DNA of 64,000 bases from positions 3,038,001 through 3,102,000 of the forward strand of contig NW_025767179.1 in NCBI RefSeq assembly GCF_003918875.1, in the 5' to 3' direction. The translations under genes and the position numbers were made by a program. This DNA is from Haliotis rubra. Its lineage: Eukaryota. Below are positions 10,232 through 21,200 of this stretch, one piece after another. The notes beneath the pieces were generated by a model, which was not told the origin of the DNA, made no database searches, and saw only the letters and a list, made by a program, of their open reading frames with translations. How positions within the stretch are numbered: position 1 is the first letter of the stretch; every line of letters starts with the position of its first letter.

Positions 10232-12324
10232 TTATTGCATTAGTGACATTAGTATCTGGGATGGTGTCATCTCTTCGGAAACTTGTTTGCCCTCTAGCAT
10301 TTCCAGCACCTTTATTTGGAGAAGCAGTTTCTGCGTCTGTAGCGCCTGTAGCTTCAGTTCTCCAGACAGAACTTGCTGCTGCCGCTCGTACACCTTCTCA
10401 CATGAACTTGGCTCCTTCCTTGTCCAGTGTGTGGAGACAGTTGTGGTCTCAGAAGTGGAGGCTGTAGATGGAGTCTTGCTGGTGGAGGCTACATCTGGGG
10501 TCTGGCTGGTGGAGGCTACAGCTGGAGTCTGGCTGGAGGAGGCTACAGCTGAGGTCTGGCTGGTGGAGGCTACAGCTGGAGTCTGGTTAGGCGTCATCAC
10601 GATGGCAGACTCGGACGTGGCCGTCTCAGCAGCTGTGTCAGTAGGGAGGGTCGCTTTACACTCTTCATCATCTGAAGATGTTTATAAAATACGATACATT
10701 TTATCTAAACATAAAGTGATCTTGATTTAAGTGTATATCATTTCTTGATAATGTTAAATGTTGAACCGACATTAATATATAATATACCTTGATATCTATG
10801 TTCAACATATAACTTGGTATGATATACAGATTCCTATATGTAAATACGAAGTAATTCTCTTGAAATATTCTTTGTTTCATTTAAATTTTATTTTTGAACG
10901 GGTACATAAGACATACCTGAAAAGCGCTAAATCTTGTGTACAAGGGACAGCACTCCGTATGGCATATGTGAAAGAGTAAATCTGTATAAGAGTTATACCC
11001 CTTGTAATGTACTCTCCATGGGGTCGTTACTCAACGCCATATGCACATGGTACAGTAAAACTGTGTAAATGGATACTTTACAGATTTTTTGGGGACAGAA
11101 CCGTCCCATGATCAAGGTCAGTAATATTTATTTCAACACGTGTATGTTTTTTGGTGAGCTGTCTACAGAATACTATGACAGAGCAGTATTGAAGATCTAA
11201 ACGGGACGATTTATCGGCAATGTTGACGAATTATTTGAATTCTTCGAGCTCCCCTTCCCATGGATGGATTTTAATTATATTCTTACTAATCATTACAGCA
11301 ATAGACCTTAATTTCCTTATCATTCTTCAATTGTTATTGAGGCAAATTAAACACAAAAGCATCTTTTCAAATGTCTATATACTGTTTATAAATTGACGAA
11401 AACCTTATTAGCATAAACGTTGCTCTGGCAACTGATGTGTAGGAAAATAAACCAAACATCAATGAGCATGTATATATCTATTTCTGTTGTGAGTGATATG
11501 CAGGCCTAGGTCGTATATCACGTAACATTGATGAAAATGTTATGTTTCAAAATCGAAACCTAGATCTAGATTATGCCATAGACATATGGTGTCAAGTTCA
11601 AGGTCGACAATAAAAATAGATCTAGATTATAAACATTGCCACGTGGTTTGTTGTCCCATTTCTACCTCAGATACTGTGAGTTTGAAAATGATTTTTATTT
11701 CCCATTTTTTTATATAGGCCTACATTTCACTTTTCGTAATTGCCAATGGCCTTTGTTAAATAGATAGATTATGAACATCGGTACGTATATAGGTGCAATT
11801 ATGATGTACCAGCGCCACTTTATTTTACTTATTTACTCATTTACTAAAGCTATTTAACAGGGCATATAACTTTATTGTTGTCGAAGTAAACTAATTCATC
11901 ATTTATTGTTTGGTGATTTATTGAAACCTACACTCTGTCTCGAGGCCGTCTGGGACGCCGTCAAAACTTGCCGAGTCACGCATCATGTCGATGATGCGGC
12001 TGGTTGCCTGACTCAGCTCAGGCGGTTGTGGTCCTCCGGCGGATTTCCTTGACTGAATTCTGTGTTCAGTGTACTGTTTCTTTGCCTTCCGATTCATGTT
12101 TGCCCATTTCTCTCTCACCTCAATCAAAGACCTCGGAGCTACCCCCTTAGCATTCACCTCTTTTACAATATCTGACCATAAGGTGTTTTTTACGTTTCTT
12201 TGTAACTTCGGTGGAATGTTTATCCGATAGCAAAGACCAGTTGGCCTCGACCATTGATTTGATTACATTCTCCTCGTCAGCAGAGAAATTTCCTTAGGGT
12301 GCAGGCGACATATTGCGTTTCCAT
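10232..12324 (-). pseudogene. Harbinger Myb/SANT (MADF/trihelix-like) DNA-binding protein gene; exons about 12324-11932 and 10671-10232; disrupted as assembled
   Basis: NFSADEENVIKSMVEAN..(A-run frameshift)..LWSDIVKEVNAKGVAPRSLIEVREKWANM..SAGGP; donor GTAGGT at 11931 and acceptor TTCAG before 10671 are phase-compatible; S/T-rich repeats and C-terminal coiled coil; in-frame TAA near the 5' end. Confidence 0.8.
10475..10590 (-). repeat. 27-bp coding minisatellite (TPAVASTSQ)n in Myb gene exon 2
   Basis: About 4 units of GGAGTCTGGCTGGTGGAGGCTACAGCT. Confidence 0.8.
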
Positions 12325-13289
12325 TTTAGACAAACCGGAAGTAAACCGAACACGGAATTGTGGGATATATTGACGCTAACCAGTGACGTTAACCACACGG
12401 TTAACTTTGACGGTGGCGTTAGCTAACGGCATGGCTAACCATGTCTTGAACAACGCATATTTAACGTTGGGTTAGCTAACGGCCTGTTTAGGATTTAATC
12501 GGCCGTTAGGAGTTAACCGGCGGTTAAGATAACCGAGTTTTGAACAACCGGGCCCTGGTCGTTTAGATTTTCAGTTCACAAATTATCGATTTATTAGAAT
12601 CAATAGAATGCCTTGAGTCCTATACCTAAGTTAATTTGTGGAAAATGGAAAACGATCTGTCATTTGGTACCTCTTGGATAATGGTATGACCTCAGATAAT
12701 ATCATATAAAATATGTTCAGTATAGGTTTGGATCAGTTCCCGTCATAATCAACATCCAAAGATTTGGATTGATTGATTTATAATTAGACGGGGGCTTTTT
12801 TTTAGGACAACCCTAGTTTAATCTTTCAAAAACATTGCGTCCAGATATTTAAGCTGGCACTGTTTACAATATACTGTGAGTTGACACTTGTGTGACCATT
12901 CAGTATTTAGTTTGAACCCATGGCATCATGTATGAAGAAGTAATGTCCTTATGATTACGTCATCTGAGAGGGGGGTGGGTAGTGTCTCCGAAACAAGTTT
13001 TTTCAGTAGACACGAGGTGGGGGTGGGGGTGTCACTTTAACAAGCGATTGTAGTTTCAAATTGCCTTTATATGCACTTTAATATATGTTTGTTTCGTGCG
13101 GACTTCTGCCTATCCCAAACACTCAATATATTTCTTGCATATTTTGCTTCCTGAAGTTTGTGATGTATTTATTGCAGATTTTGCGTTTTTTAGGGGTAAT
13201 AAATTAATAATGGAGGTTGACAGATAATACGCAGAAAAATAAAACATAAAAACAGCTGCTTTTGTATCATTTTCTTGGTGGGGTTGAGT

Positions 13290-13865
13290 ACGTTTTGAAC
13301 GCCCCTCGTACCCTCTAAGGAGGACAATAATTTTTCAGTACTTTAACCCCTTTTGAGGATACAGCCACTAAGAATCTCAGTTGTTAATTTAAACTAATAA
13401 TTACGAAACATTTATATATGAACACAACTTTCATCAAACTTCACCTAACAACTCTATTTCTTTTAAAAATATTAAATTATTAAATGTGACTTAACATTAA
13501 AAAATCCTTCAATGTTCCTTCAAGGTTTAGACATTGAAATACTAATCCTTTGTGATGGAATATTCACTACAGTCAAGCAGGACATGCATGACCTTGATTC
13601 TTTCATCACAAGGGATACAAAATGGAGGATCCCAACCTTTCAGTAAGTATTCGTGTGTATATCTAGAATGGTCAATGAGACATCTTCGCATCATGACCTC
13701 TTCAAATCTGGACTGACAACCCAAGTTGGTGTAACTGATTGTTGGTGTAATTGCATGTAATTCATTGATACCTATTTGAGTGTCCCACTTCTTTTACATT
13801 AGATCACGGATGTAACCTCTAACAACAAGTCTATAGTCACTGTGAGGTATCAGTAGTGGTGTCAC
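13290..13865 (-). mobile_element. I/Nimb-type LINE fragment (RNase H C-terminus and 3' UTR)
   Basis: ORF 13542..13724 GCQSRFEEV..CIPCDERIKVMHVLLDC is homologous to 25553..25984. Confidence 0.75.
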
Positions 13866-13879
13866 ATGGTGGTGGATAG

Positions 13880-14285
13880 AATCTAACCGTGACCAAGGAT
13901 ACTTCATTCCATCAGCTTATGATCCACTCCTCCACCAAGCCCAATCTATTGCATAAACATCGCACCTATTGTATAAACATCTCCTTCATTGTAACCACTC
14001 CTGTATTTATACATCTCTGGCTTCCATTCACTATCCTTTGTGTACTCACTGGCTTCATCAGCTTACTGCTTAACCAATTATGGCAATTATGTTGTTTCCT
14101 TTGTCAATTACAATGTATGTTGTTTCATTGTATACAGTATAAATATGCAGCTCCTCCACTTCATGTATCACTCTTGCTTGACAACGGTACAAGAATCTGT
14201 ATCGAAACGTCGCACTCACGAAATAAAGAAGTTGTTATCCATAAAAACTTGTTCCATATTGTACGTCTCAACTTCTAAAATGCCA
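13880..14285 (+). mobile_element. Penelope-like element 3' end / pseudo-LTR
   Basis: Reads NRDQGYFIPSAYDPLL..stop, the typical C-terminus of a Penelope GIY-YIG ORF; followed by a hammerhead-like motif and AATAAA. Confidence 0.7.
14174..14214 (+). ncRNA. Minimal type I hammerhead ribozyme variant (Penelope-associated)
   Basis: TGC-TTGACAA-CGGTACA(agaatc)TGTATC-GAAACGTC-GCA: variant core, stem II, GAAAC-GTC with palindromic stem III, short stem I TGC/GCA. Confidence 0.55.
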
Positions 14286-14309
14286 CTCAAACAAGTTAGA
14301 ATCTAATAG

Positions 14310-14820
14310 TTTAAGGTTGCTGTAACATGCTCCATCACATCTGAATGAGCCGTAATCTAGTTTCGAACGGATGTGTGATCTGTATAAGTGTATCAATCAA
14401 CCGAGTGCCTTCAGGCATTTACCTTTAAGGTATTTAATATGCGGTAAAAAAAAGATACATGAGAATAAAAAATAAGGCCAGGAACTTGGCCTCCTTTACA
14501 ACTTTGATTAGGGTGCCATTTAAAAATAGTTCCGGGTCTTTATGCGGTTTACATTTACAGCAGGAATGTGTAAATTAGTTTTTGATTTAGAAAATTTAAA
14601 CACCGTGTGCAATGGACCATTTATGAATTTTGTTGAGACAGAGTTGTATCTGCCTCGCTAATGTATGCATATTTTTACCACAAGAAACATTAAAATCAGC
14701 CACGAAAAGTGATCCGTCAACTGAATCAGTTAAAACCTTTGAAAGATTATACATTTTAAGGTTTTGAACGGCATGATCCTGACTGTAATGATCAAACAGG
14801 GTTGACTTTATCGGACTCGA
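14310..14820 (-). mobile_element. I/Nimb-type LINE reverse transcriptase remnant
   Basis: GSLFVADFNVSC..LARQIQLCLNKIHKWS (degenerate xVDD motif region). Confidence 0.6.
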
Positions 14821-15239
14821 AATTGTCTGTGATAAAAATTGTGATATAAAAACTAAAATTATGTAAAACCTTTGAAATGCCGCGCTTTTATTCATAGGTC
14901 CAATGAACATATAATTTACAATACATTATAAACGTATACATAAGCATACATATATATTCATATATTTAAACAGATTTAAGTGACATTCTATACTTTAAAG
15001 CGAAAAATAGAAACTTTGACAATTGAAGAAGTGTAGTTTTACATTGTGCAGACGAATTTTACAAATGTATATATTAATAAGTATCTAAATACTTCATCCT
15101 TAAATGTAGATATGTCTTACAAACCATAGGCTTTCTCAGTATTCATTTTCAATTTGCATTAATCCAGATTTGGCACATTAGAAACATATTTGTTGTTTTT
15201 CGCCTTCATTGTGATGTCTTCCTATTTGTATCCTAAGCT

Positions 15240-15348
15240 GGGCGGTCGGGTAGCCAAGTGGTTAAAGCGATCGCTCGTCACGCCGAGGACCCGGGTTCGA
15301 TTCCCTCACATTATGTGAAGCCCATTTTTAAACCAAACTCACTCACTC
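15240..15348 (+). mobile_element. tRNA-derived SINE family A, internally deleted
   Basis: A box TAGCCAAGTGG, B box GGTTCGATTCC, (ACTC)n tail. Confidence 0.75.
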
Positions 15349-15557
15349 AATCTATCTATCCTGACAGCTACAGCGAAATCGGGTGAGTCTGTAAAATGGG
15401 TTTAACATGTATGCAGCTGAACTATGGTTCCATCGTTAAAGTTGTTTTGAAAAAAGTTCTTAATTTCGGTTTCTGAAGCATTTCATCATGCCACTGCTGA
15501 GATCCACAATCTTTAGTACGCTGTTTAAAATCTGTCTCCCACATCCTGAATTACCCA

Positions 15558-15745
15558 ACACTCAGCAATATTCCAGCTATATGGCGGCGGTCTGTAAATA
15601 ATCTAGTCTGGACCAGACAATCCAGTGATCAACAGCATGAGCATCGATCTACAAAATTGGGATACGATGACATAGCGAGCTTGACCACCCGATCCCGACT
15701 AGCATGGGTACTGAAGTTCAATTCTTACCCGTATCTTCACTGGTC
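15558..15745 (-). mobile_element. SINE family B (pseudoknot head), degenerate
   Basis: Matches 47098-47342. Confidence 0.7.
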
Positions 15746-15749
15746 GCAT

Positions 15750-16450
15750 ATTGATATAAGTATTTCCTCAAAAACAAGTTAATTTGGCCAAGAAGTTTAA
15801 CTTACGCATCAGGTATATCGATGATCTTATATCGTTCAATAGCCATCAAATAGCAAATCCCTTCCACTGATTTACCCAACTGAACTTGATACTAAGGAGA
15901 CAAGTGAGAACGCCTCAACTGTTTCGTACTTGATCTATGCATAACGTGTCCGAGTCACAAAAACTCTCCACAAGACTGTGTGACAAAAGGGATCGCTTCA
16001 ACTTCCCAATAGTCAACTTAACATGTCGAGCAATATACCAACAGCTCCCTCCAGCCCTGAAGTGTTTACACTTAACAACGTTTGAGGTACAACCGAGCAT
16101 GCTCTTTTTGCCAAGATTTCAAAGACCGGCTTACCACTTTTGCTCATGAGTTGTTTGATCAAGGTTACAACATTCAAAGCCTCAGTAAAATTTTTAGAAA
16201 AGTTTTATGTTAGACATGAGGAGGAAATTTCCAAATTTGATACATCAGTGACAAATATGATATCCGATGCAAAATAATTTCCTATTTTAACTTCTACCAT
16301 ACGTTCCCCAATTAATTCAGATGAACAATTGACTAGACTTTGCATATGTTTATGACGGGTTTCAGGATACGCTCACCTTTTTGCCCACACCTGGTATCAT
16401 CACAATTTGATAGTGATTCATAAACACATGCCCTGTCAATGTATCGCATG
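15750..16450 (+). mobile_element. Penelope-like (Naiad-type) retroelement RT C-terminus and 3' UTR, degenerate
   Basis: RYIDDLISFN, YPTELDTKET, TRLCDKRDRFNFPIVN; no endonuclease follows the RT; 3' UTR motif repeated at 16735-16860 and 46590-46670. Confidence 0.7.
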
Positions 16451-17004
16451 GTGACAACCACTGTATTATCTGGTCCAGACTCGGTTGTTTAAAAACAACA
16501 TTGTACAGCTGTAATACTGCTGAAACTAACACACGATCATTATACAGTCAGAATTGTACAATTTCTTAAAAGGTTTTGTCGCTTCGAATTATATTGTCAT
16601 TGCAAGTAATTATAACTGACCGCATAGCACATTCAGTAATATTTGCATTCCTTCTACCAATCCACCTTTATCAAAACAAATATCGTGCAATGACATTCTG
16701 CTGAATATCCCTCTATCATTTTTGTTCAGGTGAATACTTGACATACCTTTGCATGTGTTTATGACGGGTTCATCCAATCAAGGGGGATACGGTCACCTTT
16801 CTGAACATCCTGGTATCAATACTATTTCATCGCGAGACATAGACACATACTTATGATATAGTCGTAATGGTAAAAAATGGACCTGCTTTAATCACCTTAT
16901 GGTTATGGAAGTGTCACAGCCCTGTATGAATTTACTATATTTCGTCAGTCTTGCACAAATATTTTTTAAATGACTACGTCCATACCATGGGCCTGTTTAA
17001 TATG

Positions 17005-17690
17005 TGAGTAAGTGAGTGAGTTTAAGTTTACGCCACACTCAGCAATAGCCCAGCTATATTGCGGCGGTCTGTAAATAATCGAGTCTGGACATGAAGATCC
17101 AGGGATCAACAGCATGAACATCGATCTAAGCAATTGGGATACGATGACATGTGTCAAGTACAGTTTCTAGCAGTTTGTTAACTTGAGACCCGTTCGGGAT
17201 TCGAAGACCACACTCTCTGGCATTCGGTATTCATAGCTTTCGGGATCCGTGCCAGTTGACTCAAAGTTGGTTGGTTGGTTTGTTGTTTAACGCCGCACTC
17301 AGCAATATTCCAGCTATATGGCGGCGGTCTGTAAATAATCTAGTCCAGACCAGACAATCCAGTGAATAACAGCATGAGCATCGACCTACGCAATTGGGAT
17401 ACGATGACTGACTGACTGACTGAGTTTGGTTTTACGCCGCTTTTAGCAATATTACAGCAATATCACGGCGGGGGACACCAGAAATGGGCTTCACTCATTG
17501 TACCCATGTGGGGATTGGAACCCGGGTCTGCGGCGTGACGAGCCAACGCTTTAACCACTAGACTACCCCACCGCCCCGGGATACGATGTATCAACCCAGT
17601 CAGCGAGCTTGACCACCCGATCCCGTTAGTCGCCTCTTTCGACAAGCATGGGTTACTGAAGATCAATTCTAACCCGGACCTTCACGGGTC
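17005..17690 (-). mobile_element. SINE cluster: two family B copies, the second interrupted by a family A tRNA-SINE (about 17410-17577)
   Basis: Nested insertion flanked by the duplication GGGATACGATG (17396 and 17578). Confidence 0.8.
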
Positions 17691-18121
17691 TGTTTAATAT
17701 GTAATTCGAACTTTCCCTTCATATTTGGGCCTAGAAACGGTCCCGTATCACTCGCACTTTTAATATGACCTTCCAGTTGTCTCTGTTCTGTATCTGAGCA
17801 AAGGTTTACACCATTAATCTGTACATAGCCACAGCCCTGCACTGGTAGTCTGTAGATGATCACCACCATGCACAAATAATATGTAAATGTCCAATGTCAT
17901 TCATGTCTTGGTGCAGACCTACAAACCAAATGTTGTTTCACATACGCATACACTTAAACAAAGTTCTATTCTGAGATAAAGACAGTTCTTGACCTCATTT
18001 CAAAGATTACTTGCAAGTCTCAGGTATACTTTACCAGGGTAGGCTAGATTATGTGAGGGATGTAGGTACTCTAAATAGTTAAGGATATTCTTAAATCTAA
18101 AGTTAGATTTGTGTCCAAGCT

Positions 18122-18265
18122 ATGCTTTCTTTACTGTTGTTGTGTGCATGTGGACTGCCATGGCTCACGGAGACGCTCAAGTTGATCAACAACGGCTATG
18201 AAGATTTTGTGGTAGCCATCAACGAAGATGTGCCAGAGGATACGGGACTTTTTATCCAGATACAG
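18122..18265 (+). CDS. CLCA: CLCA exon 1
   Basis: MLSLLLLCACGLPWLTETLKLINNGYEDFVVAINEDVPED; donor GTAGA. Confidence 0.85.
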
Positions 18266-21200
18266 GTAGAGTGTTAGTGACTGTAGGCTAACAGCTGTTA
18301 TTTAATTATGTCCTATTTCTCACCCCTTTGATGTGTTACAGCTGGTTAATATATAACGTCCATTTGCCGTGCTAAGATCTAGTATCGAGGGCTCAAATAT
18401 TAAAATGATACCGAAATTCTGTCGACGTGTTTCGTCAATTGTAAAACAACCCACATGGAATTAAATGTCCTCAGTTAATGATAAAATGGCTGGACTCCAC
18501 GCCTCGCTGACATGCTCTAGGCGCATACAACATAATGGACATTATCACCCCGGTTGTCGTTTAACTGACAAACAATGACGTCACTTCATTGCAGTCGAAA
18601 GGAAGTCCATAGATAAGATATTATTACCGTTTAGATATACTAGACTTATGACTGGTTAATAGCAATTGTATATGAAAGCGTGCTCTAAAGTTTCACGGAT
18701 TGTATGAAGCCACACTAACTACCCTGTTCCAACCAGTATCATGGACGACCCTGACATTTTGAGACATTTGACATTGGACTCCAACTCACTTGAAGAATTT
18801 AACTATTATTATCACAAAAGTTCATGCCATTAGCAATGTTGAGAATAGGCTATTTTATGTCTATGAATCGGAAATAGATTGGACCTAATACCTAGGGTGG
18901 TATTTGAAATAACAAGACCTTAAAACATAGTATCATAGCCTACAAAAGATATGTCCCTTCGAATATCGACAATGTTCGCCTATGAAACAATCCTGGCAAA
19001 ACGCTGTGCCTCACATACCGTTGCAGAAAAAGAAGGGAAACGGTTCCAGAAAACACTTGAAGTTGCCACCTACAAAATATAAAGGGTAACAAATTAATTG
19101 CAAGGTCATTTACCGTAGGGCATTAGGCGTCAGATGATGCGGATTCATACGGGAAGTCGCCACCCTATGCTATCTTGCATATAGCTGTGTAACAAATAAT
19201 ATACCATTTAAAAAGTTCAAGCTCTAGAATGTATTTCAGTGCGTACATTTGCAGAACATCATGACGGATGCATCTGCATATTTGTATCTGGCCTCCCGCC
19301 AGAGGGCGTATATTCGGTCTGTCAAAATTCTTGTGCCGAACACGTGGAGTAAAAATAACGCCAAATACACCGACCCAAAGGACGAAAGTTTTGACAACGC
19401 CCACATCAGGATCGACAAGGCTAACCCAACCCAGGGCAACAACCCTTACACGTTCCAGCCAGGCCAGTGTGGGGACCCCGGCCAATACATTCACCTGACC
19501 CCCGAGTATGTCATGGACGCCCCGGGTATATACAGAGAACTAAACTGGGGGAACCCTGGTAAGTCTACATTTGGGATCCGCAAAGCTGTGAAGTATATGA
19601 GTAGTATATAACAACACATTTAGAAATACCAGAGTAACATTAGCCTTGACACAGTACATTTCTCGTCACTGTATGGCTGAAATATCGCCGAGTTGACGTT
19701 AAATTTTAACTCACTCACTCATAACACATTAGGAAACACCACTAGTGGGCCCACATATTCTCAGTCCCTGGTATGGTGATCTTCTTTCAGTTGCTGATGA
19801 TTTCCAGCCCGTTTTTATGATGTGTTGTCCATAATAGAGGTTTCATTTTTAAGGTCCATGCTGGTTTTAATTCTCTATCTGTGATTATCTAATTTACCAT
19901 CTTTTGTCGCCAGATTTTATAATCAGTGGCGTAGCTGCCATATAGGAAAAAAGGCAATTGCCTACTCATAATTTTGTAAAAAGAAATATGAAAAAATTGG
20001 AAATGATAAATTTGAAAGAAAAATGTTACAGGTGAATTTATTTCAACATGCTGAAAGCATGGATATGTACGTATAATAATTGCATTCTAAACGTTTTGCC
20101 TACATATAATAATTGGCTCAGATACGCCCTTGATAATATAACTTTTTCTATTATCAGTACATGCATTGTCTGAGTTTCGATATGGCTGAAATATTGCCGG
20201 TGTGACTTTAAGTTTAACTCACATATTTTCACTACATTGGAAATTGAACCAAAAGTTCATATTGAAAGTTGAAAGACGATAATTAACCGGCACACTGACA
20301 TTCCCGATTTGACAACCATGTAAACCGAAACATGATGACCTACTTTTCAGCCGATACGAATTTTCTCGTGTGAAAGTGAAAAGAGACACTACAAACAACT
20401 ATGGTTACACTAAATTCCAATTTCTTGTTTCATAAGAAAATGGTATTTACAAATTAATTTTAATTTTAAACTTTAACAAAATCGTATTTCGATATTTTAT
20501 GTCGAGGTTTAGGCAGCATGTCGTTAACTAAGACGTCACAGACGGCTACTGTTTGAAGAGGTCGTACAATGATTCACAATTCATCTGGCTCACTAGTTAC
20601 ACATGTTATGTGTTTTTTGCGCTTATATAGTGTATTTTTGTAACGTACAATGTGACTGATATAATATCAAATCCGTACCAGACCGCCAAACATTTCTAAC
20701 GGCCGAGCCTCGTTTTGAGATTTCCACGATTTCCAGATTTTCGTTTGTCAGAGCACGCTGTACGACAGAGCACGCTGCACGACGTGTTTGCAAGGATTAG
20801 AAGGAGCGTAGTGTTGAAATGTACAAGTGATTACATGTATCAAATCATACTGGTTAATATTCATATATCCAGTTGAATGAGTTGGTCTCAATATTCTGGA
20901 CTGGTTATTGCACTAAGTTGCGCAATAGGACGGAACCCAGGCAGCAGGAAATGAGACCATTGTGTAATCAATGTTTTGACTTGTACCACGCTGTGCTTGG
21001 ACATATACTGGGATACCGTATTATGTATATCAGAGTTATAGTCATGGGTAATATTGTGTACATATAGACCAGAGAAAGGGACGAAAGGTTCGAGCAGACG
21101 ACAACTCAGTTCGATGACGTCATCGTCAAAAGTCAAGTGACGTAGGTACATATGCTAGCATACATACATAAAACGCCATTTTCGAAAAATATTTTGAAAT

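Larger units (their letters stand above)
7407..12554 (+). mobile_element. PIF/Harbinger DNA transposon, complete two-gene structure
   Basis: TIRs GGCCCGGTTGTTCAAAACTCGGTTATCTT (from 7407) and AAGATAACCGAGTTTTGAACAACCGGGCC (to 12554); 3-bp TSD CTG at 7404-7406 and 12555-12557 (CWG is typical of Harbinger); contains DDE transposase and Myb/SANT genes. Confidence 0.95.

Noticed and set aside
10287-10730. 147-aa plus-strand ORF with WLVEATAGV repeats
   Set aside because: Antisense shadow of the Myb gene's repetitive exon 2
19924-20133. hAT-like MITE (CAGTGGCGTAGCTG..CAGATACGCCCTTG)
   Set aside because: Imperfect termini and no convincing 8-bp TSD; plausible but unsupported
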